From: a bacterium
GTDB lineage: Bacteria > SAR324 > NAC60-12
Direction: 5' to 3'
DNA length: 64,000 bases
NCBI GenBank assembly: GCA_965233585.1
Contig: CBDDTI010000746.1
Span: forward strand, 352,001 to 416,000
Under the pieces are notes generated by a model that was not told where the DNA came from, searched no databases, and saw nothing but the letters and a program-made list of their open reading frames with translations. Position numbers and translations under genes: made by a program. Below, in pieces: positions 59,667 to 64,000 of the stretch (position 1 is its first letter; every line of letters starts with the position of its first letter).

Positions 59667-59983
59667 TCACCTACTGAGTTTTGAACAAGCTCCTTGATTT
59701 TTTGGGGATTATTACCTGTCAACGTTTCTATCACCTCCCCATTTTGAAACAAAATCACGGTTGGGATTCCTCTGATGCCAAATTGCGCTGCAGTCTCTTG
59801 GTTTTGATCTACATCAATTTTACAAACTTTGACACGCCCATCATAGCTTTCTGCAAGTTCGTCAATGACAGGAGATAACGCCCGACAAGGACCGCACCAC
59901 TCTGCCCAAAAATCTAACAATACCCAACCTTCTTTAGTCTCTTCAGAAAAACTATCATCGGTCACATGTACAACTTTGCTCAT
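59663..59983 (-). CDS. trxA: Thioredoxin
   Basis: DFWAEWCGPC, GIPT. Confidence 0.95.
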   Translation of the reverse strand: MSKVVHVTDDSFSEETKEGWVLLDFWAEWCGPCRALSPVIDELAESYDGRVKVCKIDVDQNQETAAQFGIRGIPTVILFQNGEVIETLTGNNPQKIKELVQNSVGE

Positions 59984-60157
59984 TGTTTCGCCTTAAATCT
60001 AAAATTTGAAAAAACCAACCATTCTATCCCAATTTAAAACAAACTGCAACAAACTTGAATTTTGTAAACAATGGAATTGTTATTGTCTCAATTTGTAAGC
60101 TATAATGTCATGCTTGTCTTGAGTCATAATTTTTAACTCTCTTTATCAAAGGTATTT

Positions 60158-62446
60158 ATGGTTGTATCTCACAGCGTAGGCTTCCCAAGAATTGGAGCTA
60201 ATCGTGAAATGAAAAAAGCAGTAGAGTCATATTGGAAAGGTCAGACTTCCAAAGAAGAGCTGGTCGGAGCTGGTAAAAAAATCCGTTCAGTCAATTGGCA
60301 AACACAAGCTGATGCAGGTTTAGATTTTGTATCAGTTGGCGATTTTGCATGGTATGACCATATTTTAAACTGGTCAGCGACTCTCGGAGTGGTACCACCA
60401 CGTTTTAAAGCTCAAGGGACAGAAGTAGATTTGGATACCATTTTCAGAATGGGACGAGGACGCGCCCCAGTTGGTGAAAGCACTTCAGCATGTGAAATGA
60501 CAAAATGGTTTGACACGAACTATCACTACATCACCCCAGAATTGCAAGACAAGCAGGAATTTGCATTCTCTTATCACGCCATCATAGATGAGATTAAAGA
60601 GGCGTTGAACGCAGGTTACAAAGTGAAACCCATCATTCCTGGACCCATGACTTACTTGTGGCTTGCTAAGTCCAAAGCTGGAAATTTCAACAAACTTTCC
60701 TTGCTTGGTGATTTACTTTGCGTGTATCTGGAAATTTTGCAAAAAATTCAGTCGCTAGGGGTGGAATGGGTACAGCTAGATGAACCCATTTTGTGCCTAG
60801 ATTTACCAAGTGTCTGGAAAGCAGAATGTGTTCTTGCATACGAAAAACTCAGAGTAGAAGGACTCAAAGTGATGATTGCCACCTATTTTGGAAAATTGGA
60901 AGACAATTTAGAAACAGCACTGGATTTGTCTGTTGATGGATTACATGTGGACGCCATCAGAGGTCAAGATGAGTTGAAAGTGATTGCAGAAAAAATTGAC
61001 CCCAATCAAGTTTTGTCTGTGGGAATTGTCAATGGTCGTAACATTTGGAAGAACGATTTGAATGCAAGCCTAGCCACCTTAAAGGAAGTCCAAAATCTCT
61101 ACAAAGGTCAACTTTGGGTGTCCTCCAGCTGTTCTTTACTGCACTCTCCTGTTGATTTAGATTCTGAGAAAAAGCTGGATAGTGAACTCAAGTCATGGCT
61201 CGCATTTGCAAAACAAAAATGTGTAGAAATTGCGGTACTTTCCAAAAAATTGAAAGGAGAATCTAGCCAGCAGATTGACCAGATTTTTCAAGAAAATGAA
61301 CAAGCCATTCAAAGCAGAAAACTCTCCTCCCGTGTCCACAAAGACGGAGTCAAACAACGAACCAATCAAATAGATGACTCCATGTTCACACGTCAGTCAG
61401 AATACACAGCACGTGCTGAAATTCAAAAAAAAGCATTAAACTTGCCAGACTTTCCCACTACAACCATAGGTTCTTTTCCTCAAACTGCAGAGATTAGAAA
61501 ACAAAGACGGTCTTTCAAAGACAACAAAATGAGTGAAGATGACTACACTCACTTTATGAAAAAAGAAATCCAGCAGGTCGTCCAAAAGCAAGAAGGTTAC
61601 GATTTAGATGTTTTAGTTCACGGAGAACCTGAACGAAATGACATGGTGGAGTATTTTGGAGAATTACTTGACGGTTTTGCATTCACTCAATACGGCTGGG
61701 TTCAAAGCTATGGGTCTCGTTGTGTCAAGCCTCCTATCATTTATGGAGATGTGCAACGTCCTGAACCTATGACAGTAGAGTGGTCAAAATATGCACAATC
61801 ACTCACTCAACGTCCAATGAAAGGCATGTTGACAGGGGCATTGACCATTCTTTGTTGGTCTTTCCCAAGAGATGACATGGAACGTTCTGAAATTTGTATG
61901 CAGATTGCTCTTGCTCTGCGTGATGAAGTCCAAGACCTTGAAAAAGCAGGAATCACAGTCATTCAAATTGATGAACCTGCCTTTAGAGAAGGCTTACCTC
62001 TACGGCAAAAAGATTGGCAAAATTATTTAGATTGGGCAGTCAAAAGTTTTAAGCTCTCTGCGTCAGTCGTCCAAGATTCAACGCAAATTCATACGCACAT
62101 GTGTTACAGCGAATTTAATGATGTCATTGAATCTATTGCGGCAATGGATGCTGATGTCATTACCATTGAAACATCACGTTCTGATATGGAATTGCTAGAT
62201 GCCTTTGAAAATTTTTCATATCCCAATGAAATCGGACCTGGCGTTTACGACATTCATTCTCCCAATGTTCCTACTGTGCAATGGATGGTTGACCTCATGC
62301 GTAAAGCGGCAGACAGGATTCCCTCCCAGCGACTTTGGGTCAACCCAGACTGCGGACTCAAAACTAGAGCTTGGGAAGAAACTGATGCGGCATTGGTCAA
62401 TATGGTAGATGCTGCAAAACAACTTCGCCAAGAAGGTCAGGTTTGA
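60158..62446 (+). CDS. metE: Cobalamin-independent methionine synthase
   Basis: GFPRIG, KWFDTNYHY, PTTTIGSFPQT, HTHMCY, WVNPDCGLKTR. Confidence 0.97.
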   Translation: MVVSHSVGFPRIGANREMKKAVESYWKGQTSKEELVGAGKKIRSVNWQTQADAGLDFVSVGDFAWYDHILNWSATLGVVPPRFKAQGTEVDLDTIFRMGRGRAPVGESTSACEMTKWFDTNYHYITPELQDKQEFAFSYHAIIDEIKEALNAGYKVKPIIPGPMTYLWLAKSKAGNFNKLSLLGDLLCVYLEILQKIQSLGVEWVQLDEPILCLDLPSVWKAECVLAYEKLRVEGLKVMIATYFGKLEDNLETALDLSVDGLHVDAIRGQDELKVIAEKIDPNQVLSVGIVNGRNIWKNDLNASLATLKEVQNLYKGQLWVSSSCSLLHSPVDLDSEKKLDSELKSWLAFAKQKCVEIAVLSKKLKGESSQQIDQIFQENEQAIQSRKLSSRVHKDGVKQRTNQIDDSMFTRQSEYTARAEIQKKALNLPDFPTTTIGSFPQTAEIRKQRRSFKDNKMSEDDYTHFMKKEIQQVVQKQEGYDLDVLVHGEPERNDMVEYFGELLDGFAFTQYGWVQSYGSRCVKPPIIYGDVQRPEPMTVEWSKYAQSLTQRPMKGMLTGALTILCWSFPRDDMERSEICMQIALALRDEVQDLEKAGITVIQIDEPAFREGLPLRQKDWQNYLDWAVKSFKLSASVVQDSTQIHTHMCYSEFNDVIESIAAMDADVITIETSRSDMELLDAFENFSYPNEIGPGVYDIHSPNVPTVQWMVDLMRKAADRIPSQRLWVNPDCGLKTRAWEETDAALVNMVDAAKQLRQEGQV

Positions 62447-63288
62447 TGGGAGTTGACTTCAGTTTTGAGGTGTTTCCTCCAAAGAATATTATGAATCAAT
62501 TTTCACTTTGGAGGACAATCAATTCTTTTTTGGGGTTAAATCCCAAATTTATCTCTGTCACTTATGGTGCAGGGGGCAATCTGCCTTCTTTTACTTTGGA
62601 AACAGCAGAGGCGATTAGCTCCAACAAAAATACTTCTGTTGCCGCTCACATGTGTTGCATCAACTGTCCCAAAGAGCAAATTGAGGAAATGGCTCATCAG
62701 TACTGGGAAAAGGGGATTCGTCATATTGTTGCATTGAGAGGAGACATTCCCAAAAACTTGCAACATTTAGAACACCATGATTTCAAGTATGCTTCAGATT
62801 TAGTTGCCTTCCTGAAAACTTTACATGATTTTGAGATTTCTGTTGGAGGCTATCCTGAAGTCCACCCTGAAGCCCAGTCATTAGATGAGGATTTAGCAAA
62901 TCTAAAGCAAAAAGTTGAAGCAGGAGCAGATCGCGTGATTACCCAATTTTTCTTTGACCCTGAAGTATTTCTTAGATTCAGAGACCGTGCAACTGCGATT
63001 GGGGTCAACGTCCCAATCATTCCCGGTATTTTGCCAATTCTCAATTTTAAAAAAATGGTATCCTTTGCAGGCAAATGTCAAACTCAGGTCCCAGACTTTT
63101 TGCATGAAATGTTTGGTAACCTAGACTCCAGAAGTCTGGAACATCAGCTTTTAGCCATGAATATTCTCACACATCAAGTGACAAGACTGATTGATGAGGG
63201 CGTTGATTTTTTCCACTTCTACACATTAAATGAAACCATTGAGACCTATCACATCTGCCGTTGGCTTCGTGCCGCATTTCCAGTTTGA
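62446..63288 (+). CDS. metF: 5,10-methylenetetrahydrofolate reductase
   Basis: SFEVFPPK, SVTYGAGG, ALRGD, YPEVHP, ITQFFF, HFYTLN. Confidence 0.95.
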   Translation: MGVDFSFEVFPPKNIMNQFSLWRTINSFLGLNPKFISVTYGAGGNLPSFTLETAEAISSNKNTSVAAHMCCINCPKEQIEEMAHQYWEKGIRHIVALRGDIPKNLQHLEHHDFKYASDLVAFLKTLHDFEISVGGYPEVHPEAQSLDEDLANLKQKVEAGADRVITQFFFDPEVFLRFRDRATAIGVNVPIIPGILPILNFKKMVSFAGKCQTQVPDFLHEMFGNLDSRSLEHQLLAMNILTHQVTRLIDEGVDFFHFYTLNETIETYHICRWLRAAFPV

Positions 63289-63293
63289 CATCA

Positions 63294-64000
63294 GTGCAAG
63301 CTCCTAAATTAGCCACGATTCACTATTCATCTTCCTATAAAAAACGTTCTGCCACCGCTAAAAAATTCAAAAGAGACTTCAACTACTGGCTTCTCAAAAA
63401 TGGTTTTTTACTAGGTTCTACTCTACCTTTAAGCTGGTTACAGTGTTTGGGTAGAAGTCTCGGGAAGCTGGCATTTTTGCTTTTAAAACGTGAACGAAAG
63501 ATTGTCAAAGATCAGCTCAAAATGGCATTTCCTGACATTCATTCAGCACAAAGAGACATTTGGACGTATGAATGTTTTCAGCACTTTGGAAGTTTGTTAT
63601 TTGAAGTTTTGGCAACTCGTCAAATTTGTCAAAATCTGAATCAATATTTGACGGTTTACGGTGAGGAATATCTTGAAGAAGGATTTCAAAGAGGGCGTGG
63701 AACTATCATTTTAGGCATTCATCTTGGAAATTGGGAGGCATTCATCTCCTATTTTTCTCAAACTCCTTATCGCTTAAAAGTTGTTGCAACACAAATGTAT
63801 GACGACCGCTTGAATCAAATCTTAGAAAACTTACGAAAATCTTCAAATACAGTCTCGCTCCCCCGAAACCAAGAAGGAGGTTGGAGAATGATCCTAGACT
63901 CTTTCAAAAAAAATGAGTGTTTTGCTGTCTTGATTGACCAAGATACCAATGTTCCCAGTTGCTTTGTTCCCTTTTTTGACCACCTTGCAAAAACGCCAAC
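63294..64000 (+). CDS. Lipid A lauroyl/myristoyl acyltransferase family (3' partial)
   Basis: Own translation from GTG 63294: HLGNWE, LIDQD, VPFF..AKTP; runs off the window end. Confidence 0.85.
   Translation, partial: MQAPKLATIHYSSSYKKRSATAKKFKRDFNYWLLKNGFLLGSTLPLSWLQCLGRSLGKLAFLLLKRERKIVKDQLKMAFPDIHSAQRDIWTYECFQHFGSLLFEVLATRQICQNLNQYLTVYGEEYLEEGFQRGRGTIILGIHLGNWEAFISYFSQTPYRLKVVATQMYDDRLNQILENLRKSSNTVSLPRNQEGGWRMILDSFKKNECFAVLIDQDTNVPSCFVPFFDHLAKTP

Noticed and set aside
59984..60157. SAM or cobalamin riboswitch before metE (also before metK at 29160-29345)
   Set aside because: Short AT-rich regions with promoter-like boxes close to the start; no recognisable riboswitch consensus.

Overview
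AT-rich (roughly 35-40% GC by eye) chromosomal window from a Gram-negative bacterium; taxon cannot be fixed from the sequence. The backbone is housekeeping and envelope genes: gatA, dut, pheA, metK, aroE, pyk, serS, trpB, kdsB, trxA, metE, metF, LPS enzymes and tRNA-Leu(GAG). Three accessory zones interrupt it. (1) 10.0-16.5 kb is a decaying defence island: hsdM with a premature stop, rhuM, a fic gene cut by an IS1-family element, and an intact foreign-looking three-gene operon (STAS-GHKL ATPase/kinase, DUF4325 STAS protein, membrane protein). (2) 24-40 kb holds three large modular surface lipoproteins (FN3 + 2xDUF1566; 7-blade SBBP propeller; 12 Kelch-like repeats). Each is bracketed by clusters of palindromic REP-like repeats seen nowhere else in the window. 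They share a promoter/structured 5' leader and a long signal peptide, and two share a ~73 aa Cys module. This is the best candidate for an undescribed surface-diversification system. (3) 44.7-54.6 kb is a galactoside ABC/GH42 cluster interrupted by a CMD/AhpD gene and a TaqI-family type II RM pair. TCGA is almost absent from the window (5 found by eye, 4 in foreign-looking DNA). truA carries a frameshift. All family calls come from motif recognition, not database searches.
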